Shown in pieces: positions 38,322 through 48,140 of a DNA stretch of 64,000 nucleotides. How positions within the stretch are numbered: position 1 is the first letter of the stretch; every line of letters starts with the position of its first letter. The position numbers were made by a program, and so were the translations under genes. Source of the DNA: Cyclobacteriaceae bacterium (GTDB taxonomy: Bacteria; Bacteroidota; Bacteroidia; Cytophagales; Cyclobacteriaceae); contig DAOMGC010000004.1 of assembly GCA_035430125.1 (NCBI GenBank), positions 36,037 through 100,036 on the forward strand. Reading direction: 5' to 3'. The notes under the pieces were generated by a model. That model did not search any database. It was not told where the DNA came from and saw only the letters and a list, made by a program, of their open reading frames with translations.

Positions 38322-41300
38322 TGACCCCAGGCTCCACCACCCGGTGTTTTAATGATCAGCCGGTCGCCGCCCTTAACCGATGCGCTATCCATGCCCTTCA
38401 GGAAAGTTTTTCGACCATTCGGATGTTGAATCCATTGCTCACCCGCTTTTCCTGCGCCACCACCAGCCATGCCATATGGCCGTTCTTCACGATGTTGTGT
38501 AAGTAGGTTGATATCAAGGTCTGTGATGAATTCAATCTCCCGCACAATGCCATTTCCGCCGTTCCACCGGCCACGCCCGCCAGAATTTCTACGAATTTCA
38601 AAACGGCATAAGCGCACCGGATATCGGAACTCCATGACTTCCGGGTCAGTAATCCTCGTGTTGGTCATGTGCTGATGAACGGCATCGGCACCATCAAACC
38701 CCGGGCCGGCACCTGTACCACCGCAGATGGTTTCGTAATAACCAAAAGAAGGATTACCAAATAACACGTTGTTCATCGTTCCCTGACTGCACGCAGCCAG
38801 GCCAAACGCCTTCAATAGCGTGTCGGTCAGCCGTTGACTTACTTCAGTGTTACCACCTACTACCGCTGGCAATAGGGCAGGGTTATAAGAGGCCCAGTCC
38901 GGATTAAGCAAACCATGCGGAAGTCGCACCGTCACCGGATCCATCAACCCCTCATTCATCGGCAATGGTTTGTCGACAAGCAGCCGGAGACAATACAACA
39001 CCACACTCTGCACAATAGCGCCGGTTGCGTTCAGATTGCCAGGGTGAACCTTACTGCTGCCGGTAAAATCGACCGTGATGGTATCATTTTGGCGGATGAC
39101 CTCAACTTGAAGTGTAGCGCCATCATCCAATCGCTCCGTGGCTGCATATCTTTTCCTGCTCATGCCCCTGATCTTTTCTCGCAACGAGCCGGCAGCATAA
39201 CGATGCAACGCCTTCATCTGCTTTATAATGGTAGCCAAACCATATTGATCGCATAATGCTTGAAGCCCACGATCCCCCAGATACACGGCCGCAAGCGCAC
39301 CATTTAGATCCGCGAGATTTTCTGACAAGGATCGAGTAGGATAAGGCGAGTGCTTTAACAACTTTTCAATGACCTGCCATTGTGGTTTTCCACCTTTCAC
39401 CAGATAGGTAGGCGCAATAACAACACCCTCTTCGGCAAGGTACCGTGCATCGGCTGGCATGGAGCCGGGCTTCTTGCCACCAATCTCTGCGTGGTGAGCC
39501 CTGTTGGCAACAAACCCAACCAATTGCCTGCGATAAAATACGGGTTTGATCAATGTTACATCGGGCAAATGAGATCCGCCATAGGCTGGATGATTGGTGA
39601 TAATGACATCACCGGATTTCCAGGATATTACATTGGCAACTTCACGGACACAGACCCCCAGACTCCCAAGGTGAACAGGAATATGAGGCGCATTGACAAC
39701 CAGACGACCGTGGCCATCTAACAAGGCACAGGAGAAGTCCAGTCGCTCTTTGACATTTACTGAGAATGAAGTGCGTTGCAACAAGGCCCCCATTTCCTGG
39801 GCAAGGGCAGTAAAGCGGTTGGTGAATAATTCAAGGAGCGCTTCCGGGCTGTGCCGCGAAGTAGCATCCAACCTGCCTACTGATGCCTGTCTTGTTAATA
39901 ACGCATGGTTATGGGCATCCAGTACCCACCGCCATTCCGTATCAATGAATGTGGTGGAGTTTCCGCTGATGACCAGCGCTGGCCCGTCGATTTGCGCACC
40001 AGGCTTGAGATCTTCCCATTGATAAATTTTGCCCTTTACCTTCTTGCCCCGGGTGTACATGATCCCGGTTTTTGATGGGTGGGGCCTATAGGCAATGATT
40101 CGATGAGAAGAACGCTTAGCCTGGACTGGCCCGGCGGCCACCAGAACTTTTACGGACTCTACCTCAATCTTCCTATCAATCCAATGCCCATAAACCGCAA
40201 CATACTTTTTCCGGAATAATTCCAGCACAGGGTCACCTGCATGGTATTCAATTTCAATGGCAGTCTCCTGACCATAAAATCGAAGGAACAAAAGTGATTT
40301 CTTCCATTGAATTGTATCCTGCTGGAGGTCATCTTGCATCAACCGGTGTCTGGCGTTATCAGCAAGCCTTCGAAGGGTTGTATCCAGATGATTGGAAAAT
40401 GATTCCCAAGGTTGCAGCACCTGTTCTTCTTCAAATCGCTCGATAGCTGCCTGGCCCATTCCGTAAGCACTGAGTAAGCCAGCATCGTAGGGAACCAATA
40501 CCTTTTTAATTCCGGCCATAGATGCCAGTGCGCAAGCATGTTGACCACCGGCTCCTCCAAAACTAAGCAAGGCGAATTCGTGAGGATCATGCCCTTGTTG
40601 TACTGAAATCTTCTTGATTGCATCGGCCATTTTTTCGTTGGCGATTTGAACAAACGATTCCAGCACCCGAATACCATCGGGTTTTCGGCCTGTCTTTTTC
40701 TGAATCCTGATTAACAGCTGCTCCAGGGCGGATGTCGCTTGATCCTTTTGTATCGGGATCACAAAATAGTCGGGATCCAGTCGCCCGAGCAGCAAGTTGA
40801 CATCGGTTATGGTAAGTGGTCCGCCTGCGCCATAGCAAGCCGGTCCAGGACTCGCTCCGGCACTGTGCGGGCCAACGGTAAAACGATGTCCATCAAAGTC
40901 GCATATGGATCCGCCCCCCGCCGCGATTGTTTCAATTGATAAGGAAGGGGAGAGGATACTGAAATTGCCCACCCTCGACTCGAATCGATAATCATACCGG
41001 TCATTGTACAGTGATACATCGGTGCTGGTGCCACCCATGTCGAAAGCAATCATGCGACGTATACCCGACTGAAGTGCCTGATGAGCCGCACCAACAACGC
41101 CGCCTGCAGGCCCGCTTAATAGACTGTCTTTTGGATAAAAGGAGTCAGAGCGCACCAGGCTGCCGGCGCTGGTCATGATGCTCAATCGGGCCAGCGATAA
41201 CCCGCCCCGGATTCCATTAAGGTAATTGCGGATGATCGGATCGAGGTAAGCATTGGCCACAGCCGTCTCAGCCCGGGGCACGAGTTTGATCTGCCGGCTT

Positions 41301-42088
41301 AGGGCAGTTGAAAGAGATACAAATGAAAAGCCTGCCGTCTGCAGTGCCGCACCCAGTTGTTGCTCGTGTATCGGATTCCGATAGCTGTTCAATAAGGCTA
41401 TGGCAACAGATTCTATTTTTCTTTTTTTCAGATCCCGGACTACGTTCTGGATCATTTCATCAGACAGTGACTGAAGTACTTCTCCATGGGCATCAATTCG
41501 CTCAGCAACCGGGATTACCAAATCATAAAGAGGTGCCGTCTTGCGGATATTCAGGGTGAAGAGATCGGGTCGTTGCTGATTTCCGATGGTGAGCAAATCA
41601 CGAAATCCAACGGTAACCAATAGGGCGGTTCGGGCGCCTTTCCGTTCCAGCAAAGCGTTAGTGCCCCGCGTGGAGCCCAACTTCATTTCAATGGGAGGAA
41701 AAGAATGTTGAAGTGGCGTCCCGGTGAGGATGCGGGCAGCCAATACAGGTACTTCTTCTGAAGAAGTGATTTCGAATCCGGAGGTTAGTTTTCCCGGCAA
41801 CGGTCTATCCAATTCAATGATGCTGCGCTCCAGATGAACAGACTTGATGTCGCAATGAAAGGATGAGCCAATCATCCGGAAAACAAAACCGGCATAGATG
41901 TCTTTCGAGGTAGGCCACGCCATTGATACCTGCAGAGACCGTGGGCCGATGCGTTTAATGATGCTGCCACGAAGCACACTACTGCTGAGAATCTTCAATC
42001 TGCGAACATCACCTGAAGGTGCAGTGGCCAGGCAATCGGTAAACGTACCACCGGTGTCAATCCAGATTTGCCAGGAAGTTCCCTTCAT
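38318..42088 (-). CDS. fused hydantoinase/oxoprolinase (HyuA-HyuB; ATP-dependent 5-oxoprolinase-like)
   Basis: 1256 aa. N-terminal IDTGGTFTD and DMGGTSTD (hydantoinase A actin-like ATPase), C-terminal hydantoinase B region (GGSHLPD, GGGGAG). Confidence 0.9.
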   Translation of the reverse strand: MKGTSWQIWIDTGGTFTDCLATAPSGDVRRLKILSSSVLRGSIIKRIGPRSLQVSMAWPTSKDIYAGFVFRMIGSSFHCDIKSVHLERSIIELDRPLPGKLTSGFEITSSEEVPVLAARILTGTPLQHSFPPIEMKLGSTRGTNALLERKGARTALLVTVGFRDLLTIGNQQRPDLFTLNIRKTAPLYDLVIPVAERIDAHGEVLQSLSDEMIQNVVRDLKKRKIESVAIALLNSYRNPIHEQQLGAALQTAGFSFVSLSTALSRQIKLVPRAETAVANAYLDPIIRNYLNGIRGGLSLARLSIMTSAGSLVRSDSFYPKDSLLSGPAGGVVGAAHQALQSGIRRMIAFDMGGTSTDVSLYNDRYDYRFESRVGNFSILSPSLSIETIAAGGGSICDFDGHRFTVGPHSAGASPGPACYGAGGPLTITDVNLLLGRLDPDYFVIPIQKDQATSALEQLLIRIQKKTGRKPDGIRVLESFVQIANEKMADAIKKISVQQGHDPHEFALLSFGGAGGQHACALASMAGIKKVLVPYDAGLLSAYGMGQAAIERFEEEQVLQPWESFSNHLDTTLRRLADNARHRLMQDDLQQDTIQWKKSLLFLRFYGQETAIEIEYHAGDPVLELFRKKYVAVYGHWIDRKIEVESVKVLVAAGPVQAKRSSHRIIAYRPHPSKTGIMYTRGKKVKGKIYQWEDLKPGAQIDGPALVISGNSTTFIDTEWRWVLDAHNHALLTRQASVGRLDATSRHSPEALLELFTNRFTALAQEMGALLQRTSFSVNVKERLDFSCALLDGHGRLVVNAPHIPVHLGSLGVCVREVANVISWKSGDVIITNHPAYGGSHLPDVTLIKPVFYRRQLVGFVANRAHHAEIGGKKPGSMPADARYLAEEGVVIAPTYLVKGGKPQWQVIEKLLKHSPYPTRSLSENLADLNGALAAVYLGDRGLQALCDQYGLATIIKQMKALHRYAAGSLREKIRGMSRKRYAATERLDDGATLQVEVIRQNDTITVDFTGSSKVHPGNLNATGAIVQSVVLYCLRLLVDKPLPMNEGLMDPVTVRLPHGLLNPDWASYNPALLPAVVGGNTEVSQRLTDTLLKAFGLAACSQGTMNNVLFGNPSFGYYETICGGTGAGPGFDGADAVHQHMTNTRITDPEVMEFRYPVRLCRFEIRRNSGGRGRWNGGNGIVREIEFITDLDINLLTQHREERPYGMAGGGAGKAGEQWIQHPNGRKTFLKGMDSASVKGGDRLIIKTPGGGAWGH

Positions 42089-42100
42089 GAGATCCCGAAT

Positions 42101-42586
42101 TTACGGGGTGGGTATTGAGAGGATGATGGTCTTTTTGGCCATCTTAATGCCAATGGCATGGCTGAATTCCTGCGAACCATCTACCCGGTCTTTAAAAACC
42201 GGCTTGGTAAACAACAAGGAATCTTCGCCTACGCGTTGGAGGTTTTCACTCACTTGTCCGGCGTCGGCACCACTGAGATAGGCATCGACCAGTTGTTTTT
42301 CAATTTCTTTTAAGCTGGCGGCATCCGGCATGAGGGAATAGATGAGCACATGCCGTGCCCTGGCCAGGGAGTCAATACGCGATTGAACGCGCAAAAAGGG
42401 ATCAATACGCTCCACATCAGCGAGTACCGAGCGACCATACGCAAAGGCTGCTTCCTGGAGTTCTGCATCGGACACCCGTTTGATATCCTGGGTGGCCATC
42501 CCCTCGTGAAGACGTTTTCGCTCTTCGTCGCTCAGTTTTCCTCCACAACTCATAGCCAGGAGGGCAATCAACAGTATTCGTTTCAT
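42101..42586 (-). CDS. lipoprotein of unknown function
   Basis: Lipobox LLAMSC. It lies 12 nt upstream of the oxoprolinase start, so it is probably co-transcribed. Confidence 0.6.
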   Translation of the reverse strand: MKRILLIALLAMSCGGKLSDEERKRLHEGMATQDIKRVSDAELQEAAFAYGRSVLADVERIDPFLRVQSRIDSLARARHVLIYSLMPDAASLKEIEKQLVDAYLSGADAGQVSENLQRVGEDSLLFTKPVFKDRVDGSQEFSHAIGIKMAKKTIILSIPTP

Positions 42587-42602
42587 GGATTCAAAATTCG
42601 GT

Positions 42603-42610
42603 CAAATCTA
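42603..42610 (-). promoter_or_regulatory. candidate -7 promoter box (TAGATTTG on minus strand)
   Basis: CAAATCTA on the plus strand, 16 nt upstream of the 42586 start. Confidence 0.3.
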
Positions 42611-42648
42611 CTTCTCCGATGAGAAGTCTCAATACTGGTCCGAATTTA

Positions 42649-42656
42649 TAACTTTG
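42649..42656 (+). promoter_or_regulatory. candidate -7 promoter box (TAACTTTG) for prfA
   Basis: TAnnTTTG 14 nt upstream of the prfA ATG. Confidence 0.35.
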
Positions 42657-42670
42657 CAGGCTTTTTAGGT

Positions 42671-43735
42671 ATGATCGAGAAACTGGAGGAAATTAACCAT
42701 CGCTTTGAAGAGGTAGGACAGCTCCTCAGCCAGCCCGGTGTGGTGTCGGACATGAAGAAGTTTGCTCAGCTGAGCAAAGAGTACCGCGACCTCGAAAAGG
42801 TGGTCAATAAATATAAAGAGTACAGGGCCTTACTCGATGGGCTTGACCATGCCCGTGAAGTATTAGAGACTGAAAAGGATGCCGAGCTCCGCGAACTCGC
42901 AAAAATGGAGTTAGATGAACTGGAACCTAAGCGACAATCGGTAGAAGGGGAGATAAAGGAGTTACTCATGCCCCGCGATCCTAACGACGATAGAAACTGT
43001 ATCCTTGAAATACGCGCGGGCACCGGTGGAGATGAAGCCGCCATTTTTGCCGGAGATCTTTGGCGGATGTACCAAAGATTTTGTGACCGGAAAGGACTTA
43101 AGATGTCGGTCATGGACGTCACTGAGGGAACAGCCGGAGGATACAAAGAAGTAATTAGCCTGATCGAAGGATCAGGGGCGTTTGGCATATTCAAGTACGA
43201 ATCAGGGGTGCATCGGGTACAGCGTGTGCCAGAAACGGAACAACAAGGTCGCGTTCACACCTCTGCAGCTTCGGTTGTTGTATTGCCCGAGGCCGAGGAA
43301 GTAGATGTCACCATTAATCCAGCTGACCTCGAATACCAGACAGCACGCAGTAGTGGCGCTGGTGGTCAAAACGTAAATAAGGTGGAGACCAAGGTACAAC
43401 TGACACACAAGCCAACAGGTATTGTAATCGCCTGCCAGATAGAGCGATCGCAACATGCCAACCGGGAACGCGCACTTCAGATGTTGCGGGCGAAGTTGTA
43501 TGAGATTGAGGTAGAGAAGCAAAACAATGAAATTGGTGCTTCCCGCCGCTCTCAGGTGCGCAGTGGTGACCGGTCTGAAAAAATCAGAACTTACAACTAC
43601 CCACAAAGCCGGGTGACGGACCACCGCATCGGATTCACCCAACACAACTTGCCGGCCATTATGAATGGAGAGGTGGAGGAATTTATCCACCAACTCAAGA
43701 TGGCCGAAACGGCAGAAAAAATGACAGGAAACTAG
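42671..43735 (+). CDS. prfA: peptide chain release factor 1
   Basis: 354 aa. GGQ motif ([14 protein letters not shown]) and RF1-type PxT tripeptide region (RVPETE). No frameshift is needed. Confidence 0.95.
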   Translation: MIEKLEEINHRFEEVGQLLSQPGVVSDMKKFAQLSKEYRDLEKVVNKYKEYRALLDGLDHAREVLETEKDAELRELAKMELDELEPKRQSVEGEIKELLMPRDPNDDRNCILEIRAGTGGDEAAIFAGDLWRMYQRFCDRKGLKMSVMDVTEGTAGGYKEVISLIEGSGAFGIFKYESGVHRVQRVPETEQQGRVHTSAASVVVLPEAEEVDVTINPADLEYQTARSSGAGGQNVNKVETKVQLTHKPTGIVIACQIERSQHANRERALQMLRAKLYEIEVEKQNNEIGASRRSQVRSGDRSEKIRTYNYPQSRVTDHRIGFTQHNLPAIMNGEVEEFIHQLKMAETAEKMTGN

Positions 43736-43741
43736 CCGGGG

Positions 43742-44284
43742 CTATTTGTCGTCTTCGCCGGCTTTCTTCAACTCTTCATCCAGGATTTTTTGAATGAGAT
43801 TTTGCTGACGCTCATTAATTGTCTGATCCACCTTCGCCTGCTTTTTCATAAACCTGAACATAGCATTCTTCTTGATTTCGTAGGCGATGAATACAGTGTA
43901 TTTCTTATCCTTCTCGTTATAATACTTCTTTTCACCAATCTTTCTTAAATCTGCCAGGTCGGTATTCATGACTTCCCGAGCCAGGCTTTGAAATTTCTCG
44001 GCGACGTCGGCGCCCCGCTCATTTTCTGTTTGACCCTGGTAGTTATCAGCTACTTGTTTCATTGTGGTATTCACCTGACCAGCAAGGATTGTCTTGGCTT
44101 CGATATCAGCTTTTCCCCGGGCAATGTTGTCCGATGAACTTTCGCCTTTTCCGGTTCCACGAAAAAAGCGGTTATTGGATTCGTAGGCAGAGCCCTGAAA
44201 TGGCTCATTAACTTTTTTTCCAAATGGATTGGAGGCACAGGCACCCAGGAAAAAGAGGGCAACCAAAAGAAGGTTCGTTTTCAT
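43742..44284 (-). CDS. lipoprotein (LPP20-like)
   Basis: Lipobox FLGAC, 180 aa, Lys/Glu-rich. Confidence 0.55.
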   Translation of the reverse strand: MKTNLLLVALFFLGACASNPFGKKVNEPFQGSAYESNNRFFRGTGKGESSSDNIARGKADIEAKTILAGQVNTTMKQVADNYQGQTENERGADVAEKFQSLAREVMNTDLADLRKIGEKKYYNEKDKKYTVFIAYEIKKNAMFRFMKKQAKVDQTINERQQNLIQKILDEELKKAGEDDK

Positions 44285-44331
44285 GATAAATGGGTTGAAT
44301 TCCCTCTAAAACTACGAAAACTGTGCCAAAG

Positions 44332-45042
44332 CTAGGACCCCACCCGGTGGATGCCCTGCCAGCGAAATGCCCACTTCCAGTGCAATTCCACAGCCACCCC
44401 GGCCTGACGAAAAATAGACTGCAGTTCGGACTTATTGAACGCACGAAGCACAGACAACGGCGCATCGAATTGCACCATGCCAGATTTGGAAAAGAGTCGT
44501 GTAAGCAAGCGTATGGAATGATACGCCAGCCAGTGACGATGAATGTCGTTGAAAACGAACCCGATCCGCACCTGCCGGCGCAACTGGCTGAAAAATACAA
44601 TTAACTGCTCACTGGTGAAGTGATGATAAAATAGTGTGCCTGTCACAAGGTCAAACGATCGGGAAGCAAATTCGGCGGAAAATATGTCAATTGTTTCGAA
44701 TTGAATTTCAGGATAGGACGCACAATTTCGCCTGGCGAAATCTATAATATGGGAATTGGCGTCAATGCCAGTCAATTGCATCGGGATGCCTTTACGGCGA
44801 CCAAATTCGGCAATCAGTTTGAGCATGTCTCCGCCCCCACAACCCAGGTCGGCAATTGAGATATTGCCGGATTGATCGCGGATCAATTGCTGAACACCCT
44901 GCATAGTCACTGCATTTCCTCCCAACCAACGATTGATGAATTCAAGTTCGCGCAAGGTCTGATCCACCACCGGACCGTGGCAATCAAGATCATCCATGAT
45001 TTCAATTTCCGAAGAACGTTGTGCAAATCGATTCATAATCAA
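44332..45042 (-). CDS. class I SAM-dependent methyltransferase
   Basis: 236 aa. Motif I IADLGCGGGD. Its ATG directly abuts the stop of the upstream type III PKS. Confidence 0.8.
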   Translation of the reverse strand: MIMNRFAQRSSEIEIMDDLDCHGPVVDQTLRELEFINRWLGGNAVTMQGVQQLIRDQSGNISIADLGCGGGDMLKLIAEFGRRKGIPMQLTGIDANSHIIDFARRNCASYPEIQFETIDIFSAEFASRSFDLVTGTLFYHHFTSEQLIVFFSQLRRQVRIGFVFNDIHRHWLAYHSIRLLTRLFSKSGMVQFDAPLSVLRAFNKSELQSIFRQAGVAVELHWKWAFRWQGIHRVGS

Positions 45043-46158
45043 TTAAGCGGTATGTTGGATGCGGAGTAACATACTTTCCAGCGTTAGTCCGGGACCAAAG
45101 GCGAAGCTTAGCACGCGTTTGTTGTGATCCCCGGCCTGAAGCCGACGCCATACATCTTGCAATACAAATAATACAGTTGGTGATGACATATTTCCAAATT
45201 TCCGAAGAACCTTGTACGCCGAACGGTTCTGTTCATGAGTCAATGCTAACTCTGACTCAATGACCTCCAGAATCTTTTTCCCGCCCGGGTGAATGGCATA
45301 CCAGTGCACATCTGAAAGATCAAGTTGTAACTGATTGAGGAGAGACCGGCTCAGGTGCCTGATGCCGGTTCGAACGATATCGGGCACGTACGACGAAAGC
45401 CGCATTTCAAATCCATGATCACCAATACCCCATGTCATATCATGCTCACCCGCAAATGCGAGTTCACCATAAAAACGTTCCAGTTTCAGTTGAATTCCTT
45501 TTTTCACGGACCCTTCTACCAACACGGCGGCCGAACCGTCGGCAAATATTGCATTTGCCAACATATTGTCTTCGGTATTCTCTTTTTGAAAATGAATGGT
45601 GCATAGCTCCGTGCAAACGATAAGCACCTTGGCTTCCGGCTGGCTTCGAACGATAGCATCTGCCAGCTTGAGTGCATTGAAAGCCGCATAGCACCCCATG
45701 AAATTGATGCAGGTACGCTGTACCGAAACAGGTAGCCCCAGGGCCTTCACCAGATCAATATCCAAACCCGGAGCATACATGCCGGTACAACTTACTACCA
45801 ACAGGTGCGTGATGGAGTCTTTTCTGACATCGGGCCGGCTGCCCAAACATTGATGTACCGCTTCAAGACTTAAGGAAAGTGCATGCTGTTGGTATAACGT
45901 CACCCTTTGCCGGGTAGTGGGAAACGGATCGAGCGCGGCCGTATTTTCGTAAAATGTGAACTGATCCTGTTTTCCGTAATCATCGATCACAGAATGCCGA
46001 GTGTCAATACCGCTGGCACGGAATAATACCCTGATTTTGCGGGCATCATCTTCATCCAACTGCATGGCCCGAACCATGAATGCGGCGATTGTGCTTTGGG
46101 CAAAAATACCTGACGGTGTTGCGGTGCCTATGGCCGAGATAAAACTCATGGACATCAA
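45043..46158 (-). CDS. type III polyketide synthase (chalcone/stilbene synthase family)
   Basis: 371 aa. Catalytic Cys context VVSCTGMYAPG, His context AIHPGGKKIL and Asn context FGNMSSPTV. Confidence 0.9.
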   Translation of the reverse strand: MMSMSFISAIGTATPSGIFAQSTIAAFMVRAMQLDEDDARKIRVLFRASGIDTRHSVIDDYGKQDQFTFYENTAALDPFPTTRQRVTLYQQHALSLSLEAVHQCLGSRPDVRKDSITHLLVVSCTGMYAPGLDIDLVKALGLPVSVQRTCINFMGCYAAFNALKLADAIVRSQPEAKVLIVCTELCTIHFQKENTEDNMLANAIFADGSAAVLVEGSVKKGIQLKLERFYGELAFAGEHDMTWGIGDHGFEMRLSSYVPDIVRTGIRHLSRSLLNQLQLDLSDVHWYAIHPGGKKILEVIESELALTHEQNRSAYKVLRKFGNMSSPTVLFVLQDVWRRLQAGDHNKRVLSFAFGPGLTLESMLLRIQHTA

Positions 46159-46202
46159 TTATAACCCAAAAAGGAATAATTTAGACATTTAGTTTCAGGC
46201 TC

Positions 46203-47096
46203 ATGATATCTAAGTCCACCCTGCTGCATCTGCGGATTCCCTTTTCATTTTTTCTGATGCCTGTGTTTCTGTTTGCACTAGCCATTTCCCCCAACCTGGG
46301 CGAATCCAGATTGAAATGGGTCTTTTTCATTGTTCATCTCCTGCTTTATCCGGCCAGCAATGGTTTCAACAGTTATTTTGATAAGGATGAAAAGAGTATC
46401 GGTGGACTAAAGAACCCACCGCCGGTTTCAAAAGGATTGTACTGGACATCCCTGTTGCTGGATGCGGTGGCCGTGGTACTTGGATTCTTTTATGTGTCAT
46501 ATTGGTTTTCTCTTATGCTCCTGATCTATGGACTCGTGTCTAAGGCGTATAGCCACCCATCCATCCGGCTGAAGAAATATCCGATCATTGGGTGGTTAGT
46601 GACCGGTGTATTTCAGGGGCTATTCACCTTCTGTATGTGCTATGTGGGGATTAATAATTACGGACCGGAAAATCTTCTCCACCTGCGAATCATCTTTCCA
46701 GCTGCCCTCACCACCCTCATGCTTTGGGCCAATTATCCAATGACCCAGGTATACCAGCATGAGGAAGACGAGATTCACGGAGACTATACCCTGAGTCGAA
46801 GGCTGGGTATTCGCGGTACATTTATGTTTGCCGCTGTGTTCTTTGGTGTTACCACGGTTGGCTTTCTGATGTACTTCGGGCAATTTCAACAGACCAAATA
46901 TGGCATCACGTTTCTGCAGGCACTTTCTCCCGTGGTGTTGTATTTCGGATATTGGTTCTTGCGGGTTTGGCAGAATCCAGCCAAAGCCGACTATGGACAC
47001 GCCATGACGTTGAATTTCATCTCTGCCTTTTGTCTCAATATCTTCTTTATCTGGCTGTTTCTGTCCATCAGCCACATCGGGGAATACCTGTTTTAG
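46203..47096 (+). CDS. UbiA-family aromatic prenyltransferase
   Basis: 297 aa with about 8 TM helices. Asp-rich motifs NSYFDKDE and YQHEEDEIHGD. Confidence 0.8.
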   Translation: MISKSTLLHLRIPFSFFLMPVFLFALAISPNLGESRLKWVFFIVHLLLYPASNGFNSYFDKDEKSIGGLKNPPPVSKGLYWTSLLLDAVAVVLGFFYVSYWFSLMLLIYGLVSKAYSHPSIRLKKYPIIGWLVTGVFQGLFTFCMCYVGINNYGPENLLHLRIIFPAALTTLMLWANYPMTQVYQHEEDEIHGDYTLSRRLGIRGTFMFAAVFFGVTTVGFLMYFGQFQQTKYGITFLQALSPVVLYFGYWFLRVWQNPAKADYGHAMTLNFISAFCLNIFFIWLFLSISHIGEYLF

Positions 47097-48052
47097 ATTG
47101 TCCCCAGCCGTTCGAGCAATTTCTTCGTGGCCCGGATGCCGTCTTCTTCGGAAAGCTTATCGCCCTCGTATTCAATTCCAATAAAATTCGTGTACCCAGC
47201 TGCTTTTACGATAGGCAGCATCCGCGTATAGTCGGTTTCGATGCAGTTTCCAACTTCATCAAAGTCGTACGTCTTGGCACTTACACCTTTGGCATAGGGC
47301 ATCAACTCGGTTACACCTTGATAGCGATCATACTGTTCTGCACAGCCTGGCTCGCCCTTATCCTTATCGCCATAGCGCACACAGAAATTTCCGAAATCGG
47401 GGAGGGTACCGCAATTCGGCATGCCCACCGAAGAGATCACAGCACTTAGCCATTTTCCGTCAGATGACATCCCGCCGTGGTTTTCAACAATAATGTTAAT
47501 GCCTGCGCTTTGGCCATACTCACTGAGTTTGTGAAGACCGTCTGCTCCGGCTTTCGCTACCTCTGCACGGTCGCCTTCACCCGAACAGTTGACCCTGATG
47601 GAATGGCAACCAAGAAATTTTGCTGCATCGACCCATCGAAAGTGATTCTCCACAGTCACCTGTCGTTTCGCAGCGTCTAAATCTCCAATCGCCCCCTCAC
47701 CATCAATCATGATGAGTACACTGGTGACCCCATTGTCATCGCAGCGCTGCTTCAGGTCGCTGAGGTAAGCAGTGTCCTTGGCTTTGTCTTTAAAGAATGA
47801 ATTCACATATTCTACCGCATGAATATCAAATTCTTTACTGGCCCTTACAGGGAAATCAAGGTTGGTCATTTTGTTATCAAACAATGCCCGGTGCAGTGAC
47901 CATTCAGCCAATGAGATCTTGAAGAACAATTCTTGCGTTGTGGCAGCAGCTGGTTTTGAAGAGCAGGCTTCTAAAATTCCGGCACCCAGGGTGCCTCCGG
48001 CTGTCAGCAGGCCCAGGGTTCTAATGAAATCACGGCGATTGGTGTTGATCAT
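47093..48052 (-). CDS. sugar phosphate isomerase/epimerase (xylose-isomerase-like TIM barrel) with Tat signal
   Basis: 319 aa. Twin-arginine signal NRRDFIRTLGLLTAGG and TIM-barrel pattern (GCHSIRVN, IIVENHGG). Confidence 0.8.
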   Translation of the reverse strand: MINTNRRDFIRTLGLLTAGGTLGAGILEACSSKPAAATTQELFFKISLAEWSLHRALFDNKMTNLDFPVRASKEFDIHAVEYVNSFFKDKAKDTAYLSDLKQRCDDNGVTSVLIMIDGEGAIGDLDAAKRQVTVENHFRWVDAAKFLGCHSIRVNCSGEGDRAEVAKAGADGLHKLSEYGQSAGINIIVENHGGMSSDGKWLSAVISSVGMPNCGTLPDFGNFCVRYGDKDKGEPGCAEQYDRYQGVTELMPYAKGVSAKTYDFDEVGNCIETDYTRMLPIVKAAGYTNFIGIEYEGDKLSEEDGIRATKKLLERLGTI

Positions 48053-48140
48053 GACAAATTGAGTTTGATATACAAAGTATCAAAAAATGAAACGCAGAAC
48101 ACACTTTTTATCATTGAGGTATCCCGGAACGATGAACGCA

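Noticed and set aside
42671-43735. Possible programmed frameshift in the release factor gene.
   Set aside because: The gene is RF1 (prfA), read as one continuous frame with the GGQ motif. The +1 frameshift is a feature of RF2 (prfB) only.
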